The translations under genes were made by a program, and so were the position numbers. Positions 1 through 12,618 of a DNA stretch of 64,000 bases are shown here, one piece after another (position 1 is the first letter of the stretch; the number at the start of each line of letters is the position of its first letter). This DNA is from Epiperipatus broadwayi (Eukaryota; Animalia; Onychophora). Under the pieces are notes generated by a model. The model saw only the letters and a list, made by a program, of their open reading frames with translations, was not told the origin of the DNA and ran no database searches. The stretch lies in assembly GCA_028023455.1 (NCBI GenBank), contig JAQFVV010000010.1:14260001-14324000 (forward strand), given 5' to 3'.

Positions 1-923
1 ATTATTCACATATAATTGTATCTGAATAACAAGAAACTAAAATTTATCCATAAAATTTGTTAACAAAGCACACAATAATTCCACAAGCCATTTATTTATC
101 AGTTATGCTTTGATTTTACTAACTTGTTTTGTTGAGTACAATGATTCACAAGAATACATTACAAATCAGCTTCTTTTAAATGAGGATACTTAGAGAATCT
201 GGCATGAGTTTCCTGTTCATTCATTTGTTTTTTGGCTTGTTGAAGTCTGTGATGATTAAGAATTTAAATAAAAATTTCCAAACTTTTAAATCTAAAATCA
301 AATAAATTATGCTTGTTACTAGTATATGAGTTTAATGGCAATAATTATTTCTCTAAATATAAATTAAAAGTAATTATTTGTATTGCTCCATAAAAGTAGA
401 GGAAGTTGATGTTCAAAACATTAAATTAGAAGAACACACTTGACAACATTTGAATGAGAACTGTACAAAGAATAACGTCACTCGATGAAGTCCAAATGAA
501 AACTGAATCGCTAAGTTTGAACAATATGTTATATTTCAAGGAAATGTTAACAATAAAACCATTGAAGTTGAAAATGTAAAATCATAAACAATCATTATAA
601 AAATACCACCAGAAAAGAATAAAGCATGTATCGTTTCAAAATAAAATATAAATACATCCTGCGAATATAAATCATATCATGATTTTATTTCTAAAGTTTT
701 ATGAGTCGGATTGAACCATCTAAAGATCTGTATGCAGCTTGTGAACCACAGTTTGGACATGCCTGCTATAATGTACACAATATTGTAACACATAAATAAT
801 CTTATAGTGCTGTAATAATTAACTCATTAATTGCCAAAGCTATAGTACAGCAGGCCGTTACCCCCCCCCCCTATTTTATTATAATCTATTGAAATATGAA
901 ACTGTATTTCAGAAAGTTTCATA

Positions 924-1259
924 ATTAAAACAGGCAAAACTCTCCATACAGTAGTGCCACTCAGTGCAAGCCAGAGTAATCAACAGATGTCAGAAGGCCT
1001 GTGCATAAAATCTCTATCTAGTACTTACTCATTCAGTATCCCCAGACTAGTTTCTAGCTTGTGGCTTTTGTCAGTGAGGAGTCTTGTATCTGAGAGCACT
1101 GCACCTCACTGATGAAAGCCACAAGCTAGAAACTAGAATGGGGATATTGGTTGAGTAGGCACTAGATAGGGATTTTATGCACAAGCCTTTTGGCATCCAT
1201 TGGTTACTCTGGCTTGTACTGAATGGCATTACTGTATAGAGAGTTTTGCCTGTTTTAAT
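924..1259. repeat. fold-back repeat (about 155-bp imperfect arms, 24-nt loop), HHR family A
   Basis: attaaaacaggcaaaactctc...cagtgagg is the reverse complement of cctcactg...gagagttttgcctgttttaat; related copies at 39.07-39.5 kb and 44.94-45.79 kb. Confidence 0.9.
1104..1143 (+). ncRNA. minimal type-I hammerhead ribozyme motif, family A (degenerate copy); mirror copy 1040-1079 on -
   Basis: CCTCA-CTGATGA-AAGC(CACAA)GCTA-GAAA-CTAG-AA-TGGGG. The mirror arm reads CCTCA-CTGACAA-...-GAAA-CTAG-TC-TGGGG. Each arm has one lesion relative to the family consensus. Confidence 0.7.
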
Positions 1260-2307
1260 AATAGTTATGAGAAAGCAAAAGCAATGGTGATTATGTGATG
1301 TAAAGTTTCATAATAAAAGTCATTACTGACCAATTGGGTTTAGATTTGAAACATTTTTAATTAATGCATTTCCAATAGATACAGTTTTTTAATTTAAATA
1401 TGAAAATAATTGCATTATGTAATTTTGTTTGTCTATTCAAATCAATTACTCAGAAAAAGTTATAATTTTATTTACAAAAATTTTCTTTTGAAAACAATTT
1501 ATTTTTCGAATTAAAATTGAGAATACGGAGATAAATATTTCTCTTAAGCAAATTTTAAAAAAGTGACTTGTGTAATTTCATATATTTTGAAAAAATGCCT
1601 GGATAGGAAGGAATTATACATATAAAGATATTGTTACTTATGGTGAGAACTTTTTTTAAAAATTTATATATACTAGAAAATGTTTTTAATTAGAGCTAGA
1701 GTTAAACTTTATTAAAAAAAAAACAAGCTAAGAAAATTATAAGTAGTAAGTAATACATATTTTAAAAGTATACGTTTTAAACTTTGATATTGTTTTTTTT
1801 TTTTTCAAACACATTTATTAAAATTATTAGGTTTCATAAATGATCGACAAAAGCCACAAATTTTATTTCAAAATACAAATTTGCTCAAATGGATTTTAAA
1901 ACTAGCCAAATGTATATCTTTCTGCTAGGTTTCCCATTTGTTAGCTAGTTGCAACTGATCTATCTTGATGATAGTTAACTAAATTGTCATTACTGATTGT
2001 TAAAGATTTTATGAGACAAAGGATATTTTGGTAAAGATATAGTGGCTGATATGCCCATTTTATTTTTTTAATTTTTAAGTGATGATTTTTTTTTTAGATG
2101 AGATGCTAAGCTAATGATGTTTAAAAAAAGTATAAGTTCACATTGTATAAAAAATAGCTTTACATCTTGGTGAATGTCATAATACTTTTAGTTAATAAGA
2201 GTAAATAATATAAGAATTTTTTTAAAAATCGACCATATTACTGAAGTATATAAAGAAAAGAAGTTGGAATAAAAATAGAAACAAGTAAAATTGACAAGGA
2301 TATATAA

Positions 2308-2872
2308 CAGAGGTGGCTAAGATTGCGGTTGACCGCATAATTTTTTTTTGCAAAATTTTCATCTAATTTATTTTAATACAATTCTAAAACAATAATTTTG
2401 TTGTTTTTTTTTTATATATATTTTCTTGAATTTTTTTTAAAATTTAGGACCAGTTCTAGAAAATAATTATTTATAAGTAATTTAATAAATATTTTATAAA
2501 GCGACATGAGCAATTGTAATACTAGAAGGAGCTGAGGTAATTTAATAGTAGCATATAAAATGTCTTCAATAGTTTGTTTCTTATAGAAAAAAAAAATATT
2601 AGTTTGTAATTATCTTATAAAAACATCACCAATATTGTGAGTACCTAAAAAACCCTTATAAAAAAAAAAAAGACCAATTCGTAAAGTATATTCTAAAAAA
2701 TCAGGACTTCGAACTGTTATTTTTTTCTGTTCTGGTTTTCGTTCTAGCAAAAATAACAGTTTTTTTTTTTTTGGTTTCTGGTTTGAAGCCCTGAAAAAAA
2801 TCTAGTTGCCCTCAGGCACACTTTTACCAAAAAAAAAGTCACCCTCCAATGTCTAAAAGTTTGGCAGCCTTG
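2308..2872. mobile_element. hAT-type non-autonomous element (MITE), copy 1
   Basis: Termini cagaggtggctaag ... gtttggcagccttg resemble hAT CAGGGGTGGCCAAAC TIRs; internal and 3' segments align with 7582-8983. No clear TSD. Confidence 0.6.
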
Positions 2873-4453
2873 AACAAAAAAAAAAAAAATTAATTGTTGT
2901 TTTATAAAGCAAAGTTCTTTTAAGTGTTCAGAAACTGATTGAGGGTAGTAATAATGAAGAAATTAAAAATGAGATGTACTTACTGAGCAGATTTTTATTA
3001 AAATAGACATATACTAGAATATAAATATTATTTGATGTCAAGAAGAAGAGTAGGAAAATGATATAGTGGAATTGTAAAAGATGTCTGAAAAAATATTAAA
3101 GAGTAAAACAAGATATCATTAAAGAAACTAATCTAAAGTGATATATAGAAACTTGTAAAGATTTCTTCATTCCGAAAATCATTTTAAATTAATTGGTAAC
3201 TATAGTACATATTCATATTTAAATTTTCCTGTTATTTTTAAAAGTAGGCAATATATCTCCATTTTATTAAAATCTTCTGTACAATGGAATTTCAGCTAAA
3301 TTTTAGGCAAATTTTTTTTTTAATAATTTTAATAAATTGTAACATAGAAAAAAAAAAATTTTTGTGTGATCACAAATGTGTTTATCACTAGTGATTTTTT
3401 AAGAATATGAGTAATATTTAAAAAAAAAAAAAAAATCTAAATTTATAAATTTAGTTAAATTTTGATATAATAATGTTTTTAAATTTTCAATCTGACAGAA
3501 TGAAAATTATTAGTTTTCATTGTATCTTTCTATTGTTAAATCACCATCTTTTTAATATAATCTTATAAATAAACAATGCTATTTAAAATTAGATAGAAAA
3601 ATGCTATAAAAGTTCATATTTATAACTTTAATTTACCATTTTTAAAATATGACAATCTTATCAAAATTTAATTATATATTGAAAAAAAAAAAGGACATTA
3701 TTGCTAGTAGTATTACAGAAAGATTCATTATCGATCTACATTTGTATGAATCCATATATATATACCATGTTTCCCCAAAAATAAGACTTGGTCTTATATT
3801 AATTTTTGCTCCAAAAGTGGGGATATCTTATTTTTTCATGTAAAAAAAAAATACATTTATTCAAGTACTTCTATTTACGGAAAGCTGCAAGATTCTTACC
3901 CCAGGAATCCCCCACAATTCTTTTTTTGTATTCACTGGAATAGCTCTTTCTTTTTTACACTCATCTTATTGGGCAATCAAAATATTGTTCTGTTTAAATT
4001 TATCATTAAATCAGCGTTAATTGAAGATTGTGATTCAGCAATGGTAACAAAAATGATTACAGTTAAGAATTGTTTGTTCACACAAAAGCAACAAAAAATT
4101 CAGAAAATGTTTCTGTATTCTTGTTAAAAACTTTTCTTTAGGAGAAAGATTGATTATTAAAATCATTTCTGTTATTTATAATCTTTTAAGAGGAAAAAAA
4201 AAAAAAAGAATATTTAAAAGGTAATTTGTCCAATAAGAATGATTAATGGAAATTACAAAAGAACCATATAATTTAGTATATCTAAAGTATTAATGACAAT
4301 TATATTGTTTATTTATATAGTCATCACTTTATAATTTAATACGTCTGACAATCTTAACTAGAGCTTATAATTGCAGTAGGACCTATATTATAAGCATCCT
4401 GAAAAATCATGCTAGGGCCTATTTTGGGGGAAACATGGTATATGTATTCATGT

Positions 4454-4722
4454 AAGTAGAGGGATTTGAACTTAGGATTTTTCAATCTATATTTGTTTTC
4501 CACCCCATCTCAAACAACTGATATACATGCAAAAAAGATGAAAGATCCCCAATATATGCATTTCATGCAGAATCAGCACTCATCAATTGAGTTAAATCAT
4601 AATTCCCCACACATATATGCAATCAATGCTTAATTTATATTAAGATAGCAATTGATTGTTGCTTGAGACAGAGTGGAGGATAAATATAGACTGAAAAATC
4701 CTAAGTTCAAATCCCTCTACTT
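4454..4722. repeat. fold-back repeat, HHR family B; HHR motif 4549-4590 on -
   Basis: aagtagagggatttgaacttaggatttttc.. is inverted at ..gaaaaatcctaagttcaaatccctctactt. The spacer reads on -: TTGATGA-GTGC(TGATTCT)GCAT-GAAA-TGCATA-TA-TTGG. Confidence 0.8.
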
Positions 4723-4757
4723 TCGTATATAAGAAACATACTGTATAAGCAAATTAT

Positions 4758-5552
4758 AGAGAGTGTATCAATAGCTCAAACAAGCACTTACTTAATTGAT
4801 AAGAGCAATAAGAGAAAATATTTAAAATCTGTATCTGGAACATTCCTATCCCCAGACCAATTGGTTTCAAGCTTATGGCTGACCTCAGTGAGAAGCTAAC
4901 ACATCCAGATACTAGATCTAAAATATCAATTCAAAACCAGTACTTATTTAAACGTAATATTTAAGTAGAAACTGTGAAATTTTTGGACATGATAACTCCA
5001 ACTATCTAACTTAAAATAGCTATTTGGGACTGAACTAAATTCAGATCTACCATATATTAATAGCCTTATCATTGCCAAGGCTTTAAAGGTAAAATTATAG
5101 TAATCAATAAAGCAAGTAATATATAGCATGACATTGCTTTTATGCTATATATGACTTGCTTTATTGATTACTATAATTTCATCTTTGACTTGCTTTATTG
5201 ATTACTATAATTTTACCGTTAAAACCTTGGCAATGATAAGGCTATTAATATATGTTGGATCTGATTTTAGATCCCAGCCCATATAGCTATTTAAGCTAGA
5301 TAGCTGGAGTTGAAGACATTTTCATGTCCGAAAATTTCAGTTTTACTTAAATATTAAGTATTAAATAAGTGCTGTTTTTGAGTTGATATTTTAGATCTAC
5401 TATATCTGAATGTTCTAGATCCTCACTGAGGTGAGCCTTAAGCTTGAAACTAATAGGTCCGGGGATAGGAACATTCCAAATAGAGATTTTAAATATTTTC
5501 TCTTACCGCACTTATCAATTAAGTGCTTGTTTGAGCTATTGGTATGCTCTCT
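4758..5552. repeat. large fold-back (about 370-bp arms), family-A-related, with HHR-like motifs at 4850-4893 (-) and 5421-5464 (+)
   Basis: Arm-to-arm complementarity is traceable from gagagtgtatcaatagctcaaacaagcac to gtgcttgtttgagctattggtatgctctct; centre near 5130 with a small internal tandem duplication. Confidence 0.88.
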
Positions 5553-6123
5553 GTATTACTTATTTGTAAATACAAGCTTATAAAAGCAATGTCATGCTAT
5601 ATATGACTTGCTTTATTGATTAATATGTTTTGTATATACATAAAATAAAATTTTAAGAGACTAACAGCAATCGCAGTTTTTTTTAAATGGTTGTAAAATC
5701 TTTAAATAAATTATGATAAATTAATAGCTAGAGTACATGCAATCTAATTCATTTTTATTGTTTTTTAAATGAATTTAGCTATATAACTTTTCAAAGTTTT
5801 TTTTAAAAAAAGTATCTTCTAGATGTAATGATTTCAATTTGAATTGCCATTATTAAAAGGTTATTTAGTTAGGAACAATTAGAATACATATTTACATTAC
5901 ATACAGCTCAGTAATTTAATAGTAGAAAAAAAAAAAATTTATTGACATAAAATTCACTTTTTTTGTTTTGTTTCTTATAATTTCTGAATTTTTATTTTAT
6001 TTTTTTTTTTATAATTTTGAGGCGGGATTGAGGGAAAAATAATTTCTTACTATTTAAAAAGATGTCTGAGATAAGATTAGATCATATTTATTTTTGTATT
6101 TCAAATGGGTGTTTTTATTTCAG

Positions 6124-6208
6124 GATATCTCCAGCAAGTGGGCCGAAGTACGACAGCTGGTACCAAAGAGAGATCAGGTTCTTCAGCAGGAACTGATCAG
6201 ACAGCAAT
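6124..6208 (+). CDS. Actn: alpha-actinin internal exon (spectrin repeat 3 end): DISSKWAEVRQLVPKRDQVLQQELIRQQ+T
   Basis: Preceded by ttttatttcag acceptor; 85 nt (28 codons + 1 nt); translation resembles the alpha-actinin KWERVRQLVPQRDQ-type segment; joins in frame (T+CT=Ser) to exon at 12419. Confidence 0.95.
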
Positions 6209-6335
6209 GTATCTTTTATTATAAAAAATGACCTAATTCATTGAAATATTAAGATTTTAGAATAATTAGTTAATCTTTCATGCACCTTAGATGCTGATAA
6301 TAATCTTAAATAAATGTTCCTAAATATGTTTCTCT

Positions 6336-6570
6336 GAAAAGCAGTTTGAATTTGGAAAAGGTAGAGAAACAAGTGGTAAAGAAAGTTTTAGTTAGATAGG
6401 AAAGTCTTCAATAGAAAATTTCTATATGAAATGAAAGAGATAGATATAGGAAGAGATGTTTATTTCCTACTTTATCTAATTGAGTTGTGGGAATGGATAT
6501 TGTTTTGAAACAGATGAAATAAGCCTTAGGATAAAAGAGATCATTTTATCAGTTTGGTGATGATATACCA
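6336..6570 (+). mobile_element. degraded non-LTR (RTE-like) reverse transcriptase fragment
   Basis: EKQFEFGKGRETS resembles EQxGFRxGRxT, and FGDDIP resembles FADD; multiple stops. Confidence 0.4.
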
Positions 6571-7581
6571 GGATTTGTTTGTTTTAAGGGTAATCTTAAC
6601 ATAATGTTGGTGGAACTGGTCTTAACGAAAGTTCATGTTAAAAATAAATCCAAATAAAGTTACTGTAATGAAATATGATTAACTGATAAAAATTTACGTG
6701 AGAATTGCAGTCATCAAACAAGTTTTTAGTAAATGATAGAAACTATTCTGTGACCAATTCCAAATTTAAATTACAGACCCACCCACCCCACTTTGACCCA
6801 TAAATAAATATTTCTAACTATTATTAAATTTTTATTTAATTTATTTTTATATAAACACAGTATTTTAGAAATAAAGAAGAAATATATAAGCAAAATTTAA
6901 ATATTGTTTGTATAAATGAAAAAGGAATCAGACAAATATCACTTTATACAATCACTAGGTTTTTGATATTCCATAGCACAGAAATGGAAATACATTCCAC
7001 CATAATTTTTTTTTCTATTATAGATAGAATGCTAAAAAATACTAAAAAAAGAATATTTTGAAATGAGATTGATATCAGTTCAATAATCATGTGAGTATTG
7101 TTGTAGGACCTCTGATTTTAAAAAGTCAGATTGTTGGAAATAGATGCATCAGTTTTCAAAAATTTATAACTGATTATTGTTACAAGGTCACTAATGAAAA
7201 GTATGGTGATGACACTCATTACAGATAAAAAAAAATTATCTTGTAGAAGTAATTGTGAGCAACTAATATAGTATTTTGTGACTGAAAACACAAAATCCAG
7301 AGAACTAATCATTACAGAGGCCAGTACACATCAGAACCCTAACGTTCAATCAATCTTATGAATTTCATAAGCAGAGGTTTTACAGCCATGCTTTCCTTTC
7401 AAGAAGATTAGAATATTTGAAATGAAAGTGTTTTGTGAGCAGATGCCTGAAAGCATATTTCAAAATTCATTGCTTTACCTTTCTTGATCATTAGAGAGAT
7501 GTATGTTGGATGATTGCTGAAGAAGCTTCCCATCGCATAGTACATACATTTTTAGACAATAAAATGTTCCAATCTATATAA

Positions 7582-8983
7582 CAGGGGTGTCCAACCAGTC
7601 GACTGCATCTAATTTATTTTAAAATAATTCTAAAACAATTTATTTTTTCTTGAATTTTTTTTAAAATTCAAGACTAGCTTTAGAAAATTATTTATAGGTA
7701 ATTTAAAATTGTAATTTAATAAATATTGTATAAAGTGACATGGACATATAAACTAGAGGGAGCTGAGGTAATTTAACCTTATTGGCCAGATTGAGTAAAA
7801 ATTTGAGTGATTTGATTCATTAAATACAGATCTAGCCAATTTCCTTTCTGAAATATATTAATGTACAATAATAAGAATTGTTTTAATTTAGCTTCTAAAA
7901 ATTGAATTATTTTACATTCAAATTGGTTAAATTTAATGAAAAATTTAAAATAATGTTAATAACTGAAGAAAAACATATGAAAAATAGCCTGCAGTAAAAC
8001 AAAGGAATTATATTTTAACCAATCATTATGTGAAAATGCCAGCGATTTCTTGTCTTAGAAATTATGATAGCTGATTATTCACTTCTATTGTCTTTTCTTC
8101 ATCTAAAATTAAATATTTTAAATAAAAAATCTAAATCTAGTCATATTATTAGTCAATAAAATCCATAAATATTTATGAAAAATAGTTGCATTTTGCTAAC
8201 TATCACTGAATATCATTGATATGCAAATAGCAGTCAATGCTATTCACTTGTCTTGAATAATGGTCAAGCGCTATTCATTTTCCTTGATTATTTTTCTTGT
8301 AAAATTTAAAAATTTTCAAATCAAAGTTTATATTTAAATAAATTAATGTAAAAACTTAATTAAATATATAAAAATTATGAGAAATATATTTATTTACGTT
8401 CAAAATCTATTACAAAAGCAATAGCAGTCAATGTTATTCACTTGCCTTGAATAGCAGTCCAGTGCTATTCACTTTTCCTTGATTATTCTTCTTATAAAAT
8501 TTAAAAATTTTCGAATCAAACTTTATATTTAGGTAAATTAATATAAAAACTTAATTATGAATGTAAAAAATTACGAGAAATATATTTATTTAAGTTCAAA
8601 ATCTATTACGAAAGCATAAAACATTTTAGCTTGATTTCTGACTTTGACAGAAACTCTTGGAGAATAATAGCCAAAGTTAACAGTCAGTGCTTTGCAGCAC
8701 TTTATAAGGGGAAAGAGGCAAGATTATATACAATAAACAGCAATCAGAAATTGATTTTTTGCAAAAAATACTGCCAATAGCAGATTTTTTTGGAATTAAA
8801 ATGTAAATACCAATAAAGATATGAGTTTATGATAAAATAAGCATAAAATAACGAAAATGGCCAATAGATGGTGCAAAATTTTTCTGGTTTTCGGTTCGAA
8901 GTCCTGAAAAAAGCATAGTTGCCCTCAGATACACTTTCCTTAAAAAAGTCGCCTTCCAACTTCTAAAAGTTTGGCCACCCGAA
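7582..8983. mobile_element. hAT-type non-autonomous element, copy 2, with perfect 8-bp TSD CTATATAA
   Basis: TSD at 7574-7581 and 8984-8991; TIR caggggtgtccaac / gtttggccacccgaa; shares internal sequence with 2308-2872. Confidence 0.8.
8226..8616 (+). repeat. tandem duplication, period 194 bp, inside the hAT element
   Basis: aatagcagtcaatg(c/t)tattcacttg.. starts at 8226 and 8420; both copies end in aatctattac(a/g)aaagca. Confidence 0.9.
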
Positions 8984-11299
8984 CTATATAACCTGTGTTT
9001 TCAATTACTGGTTTGAAGAATTTTAGAGAAGGTTGTTACATTTTAACATATCTTTTCCAAATCGAGCCCTTGTAAAGTCTTCTTGGAACAATAAGTGTGA
9101 TATTGATATACCCCACTGACATCTCTCATAGAATTTGAGACTTTTCTCCTTGAGGATTGGCTTAATATATATATATCTCTATATGCTGATAATTAGTATA
9201 CAATTTTATCCCATGTAATTGCAAAATATTTTTTTATGCAAATGATGGCAATAAGTGGTTTCATTATTTGCCTAATATAAATAACTTACAAGGTTCTTTC
9301 TAAATTGCTTTTAGATTATTACAAATTGTTTTATAAATATTTAATGAACAATTTGTATTTGGCTAACCTAATTAGTGATATTGAAAGCTTTGTGAAGTTT
9401 CTAAGATTTTAAATTCAAGTCAACTGATTTAAAACTTATAAACTACTAATGTGCCACATTGACTTTTTTTCTGCGTTTAATTGCAGATGATATACTCCAT
9501 AAAACATAACCATAAAAAACAATAAGCTTGAAAAAAATAAAATAATTATCGTAAAAATAAAAAGTAAAGAATTTAAATATTTTTAAAATTATAACTAAAT
9601 TTATTCATAAATTGCTAAATTTTGGTATAATTAAATACTTAACCACTCATTTGTAATATTTTTTTAAATATATATATATCGAGTTATGTAGTGCTGTGTT
9701 TTATTTGTAACATTCATTAGGGAACCACCACTGGACATACGTGCTATATGAATTTATAACACTTGAGGAATATTTTCATTTTCTAAACACAAGATAAGAT
9801 GAATCTGGCAAATTTTAAGCATTTAGAAATGAAAGCATGAATATTTTAATTAATAATTTTTAATTCCATTCACTGTATATCAATAAATGATGTTACCAAA
9901 TTTAACAATTTACTGCACATCAGTATTAGATATATTAAATATATATATAACGTGATTTATTTATCTAGCGCTGTGTTTTATTTATAACAATCAAAATCAG
10001 AACTTGTCATTGCTTTCTTGAAATTCAAATCCTAAGAGGGTCCTACTTTTTTAACAAAATGAATATTAGATTATATAATAATCGATTTTCAATTTAAATT
10101 ATCATATTTCATTAATTTATTTTTTAAATTCATTTTTAATGATTTCTCTTATATATATATATTTTAATGGGGATTGTATATATCAAATCAAGCATCACAT
10201 TCTTTATTTGCTTATTATTTTTATAAGCATTAGACAATAGTGATTTCTATTTTTATATGTAGTCAATTATGTAAGCCTTGTTTCACTCATTGATGATTAT
10301 GTTCTAGCTAAATTAACCAGAAGAATTTTATTGACCCAGTTAGTCAAAAATTGATCATGGGAGTGAATTGATTGGCATTGTTATTTTATATTCATGGACT
10401 AAATCATTGCAAACATAATCATATTATTAGATATGTTATCATTGTTAAATGTAAAAGAAGCCAATAGAATTGTATTATACTTGCAATTGTTTGATTTTTG
10501 CACTTAAGTATGTAATACATAATTAAGTTTAATAGATTTTGTAGCTTTCATAATTTCTTATGAAGTGCATTAAAATGTGATGATTATATCATAATTTCAT
10601 ATGCAAGGAAATCAATTTTAAAAAGATTAGAATACGTCAGAAGTGTATTTGAGTATGAAATTTATTATTAAAAGATATAATAATTAACAAGTTTAAATTT
10701 TTGAATGTTCTGAGAAAAAAAGATTATTTTTAGAGACAAATGTTAATGAATTTCAGTATTATTATAAAGTCTTACTTAAGGAAAATATTTTGCTTAGCAG
10801 GCGAATATTCAGAAGAAATAATTAAAGAATATTGCATGAAAAACAAAAATGTAAATATTGGCGAAAGGCAAATTCTATATATATAAGATTTATTGATATG
10901 GCTTTTAAGAGGGATTTCTAAAAAAAAAAAAAAAAAAAGTAGCATCTTGAGTAAATATGTGATATGTTTACAAAAAAATGAATAAAGATATTGAAAATCA
11001 GAAGTTGCAATCAATAGACCACTATAGTTGATAGAACTGATTAAGGTTTTAAATATTGAAAATTACCTGAACAGGTAAATGAAAGAAGTGATAAGAAAAT
11101 TAAATATACAATTATAAGTAGCAATCTGAAGATTAAAAATTGAGGGAAAAAACTAGTAAAGTGTTTAGTTTGTTATGTAATATTTGGTAGTGTCCTGTTC
11201 TATCATATCAGCCACTTGATGGCATTGATGCTAAGCAAAAACACATAGATATATTGTTCATGGGCCAGTGATTCTATAGAACTATTGGCGTTATTTTTG

Positions 11300-11790
11300 G
11301 AATAGGAAATAAAAGTAAATTATATTACAATTTACATTACATTAAAAATTTCAATTAAAATATAAAAATGTAAGCCGACTTTTTGAGACAGTAATTAATC
11401 AGAGACTGACTTTTTTGTGTGTGTGTGTTGGAAAAAAATTACGTTACTTATGAATAGCAACTAATAGTACATTAGAGACTTTTTTGGACAGTAATTAATC
11501 AGACTGGCTTTTCTGTGTGTATGTGGATATAAAAAGTTACATTTCTTTTTTAATAGAAAATAAAGTAAATTTTAGCCTTTTTGGGACCTTAATTAATAGA
11601 ACTGTGTTTTGAAATCAAAGTCAATTATATTACAACTTCCATAAAATTTAACAAATTCAAACAAAATTTTACAATGAAAGCCAACTTTGACCTTTTTGGA
11701 ACAGTAATTTATCAGAGAGTGGTATTTTTTTTTTTTGTGTGTGTGTATGTATAGAAAAAGCTACATTACTTTTTTAATAACAAATAACAC
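11300..11790 (+). repeat. degenerate tandem array (3-4 units of about 100 bp)
   Basis: Recurrent gacttttt(g)gacagtaattaatcaga..tgtgtg core near 11377, 11478, 11575 and 11690. Confidence 0.65.
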
Positions 11791-11819
11791 TACCTAATAT
11801 TTTGTAGAAGTACATAAAC

Positions 11820-12070
11820 AGGGATCATTTAGAGTTGAAAACTATTGAAAACAGCAGAAACTGGGATCAAAAAGTGAAAATTATAAATTGTTAAAAAGTT
11901 GGAATTCAAGGAAGGAGAGAAAAAAAATTGGAAATATATACTTAATTATAGTTTGATAATGAAGGAAAACATTTAGAAGGGATAATATAAATGTAAAAAT
12001 TGAAAGATAGATGGGAGAAGAACTTATTAAATTGTATTTAAAGTTATTAATAAAAATTGATTTGAAGAAG
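11820..12070 (+). mobile_element. degraded RTE-like LINE 3' end
   Basis: KHLEGII*M*KLKDRWEK resembles the RTE C-terminal EGKIxGKRxxGR region; purine-rich, stop-laden. Confidence 0.3.
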
Positions 12071-12077
12071 TACCTTT

Positions 12078-12152
12078 CATGGTTTGGCTCAGTTGGTAAG
12101 AGAGTCTGACTTGGGAAGGGGAAGTTCCAGCATCGATTCTGGACTTGCAGCT
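12078..12152 (+). mobile_element. tRNA-derived (Pro-like) SINE head or tRNA pseudogene
   Basis: A box TGGCTCAGTTGG (12085-12096), loop CTTGGGA, degenerate B box GCATCGATTCT; stems do not pair as an intact tRNA. Confidence 0.45.
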
Positions 12153-12418
12153 CTAGTGATCAAATTACTTAGGAACTTCCAGGAAGTAAAGTCCTATGCT
12201 TTTTTTTTTGAAGAAGTATGCAGAGGATAGATGTTAGAGAAGATGGTATACCACAACAAAACTACATTTATACAATTTCACATGTACCTTTATACAGAAG
12301 ATATTGATAATGAGTTTGACATTATTATTATTTTTGAAAACTGTTTTCCAGTTACTTTTTAAAAATTGATTTATTGTCTCATATTTGTTTTTTTATAATC
12401 TTTAATTAAGTTCACCAG

Positions 12419-12618
12419 CTAACGAACGACTTCGACGCCAGTTTGCTGAGAAAGCCAATGTTGTTGGTCCTTGGATTGAACGTCAGTTAGATGCAGTTTC
12501 ATCTATTGGTTTAGGAGTAACTGGCTCATTAGAAGATCAACTAAATAAACTAAAAAATTACCAGCAGGCCATTATTGCATATAAACCAAATATGGATGAA
12601 TTGGAGCGATATAACCAG
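12419..12618 (+). CDS. Actn: alpha-actinin exon (spectrin repeat 4): SNERLRRQFAEKANVVGPWIERQLDAVSSIGLGVTGSLEDQLNKLKNYQQAIIAYKPNMDELERYNQ
   Basis: cag acceptor at 12416-12418, CAG|gtatat donor; 200 nt, phase-compatible with both neighbours; hallmark RRQFAEKANxVGPWIERQ motif. Confidence 0.97.
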
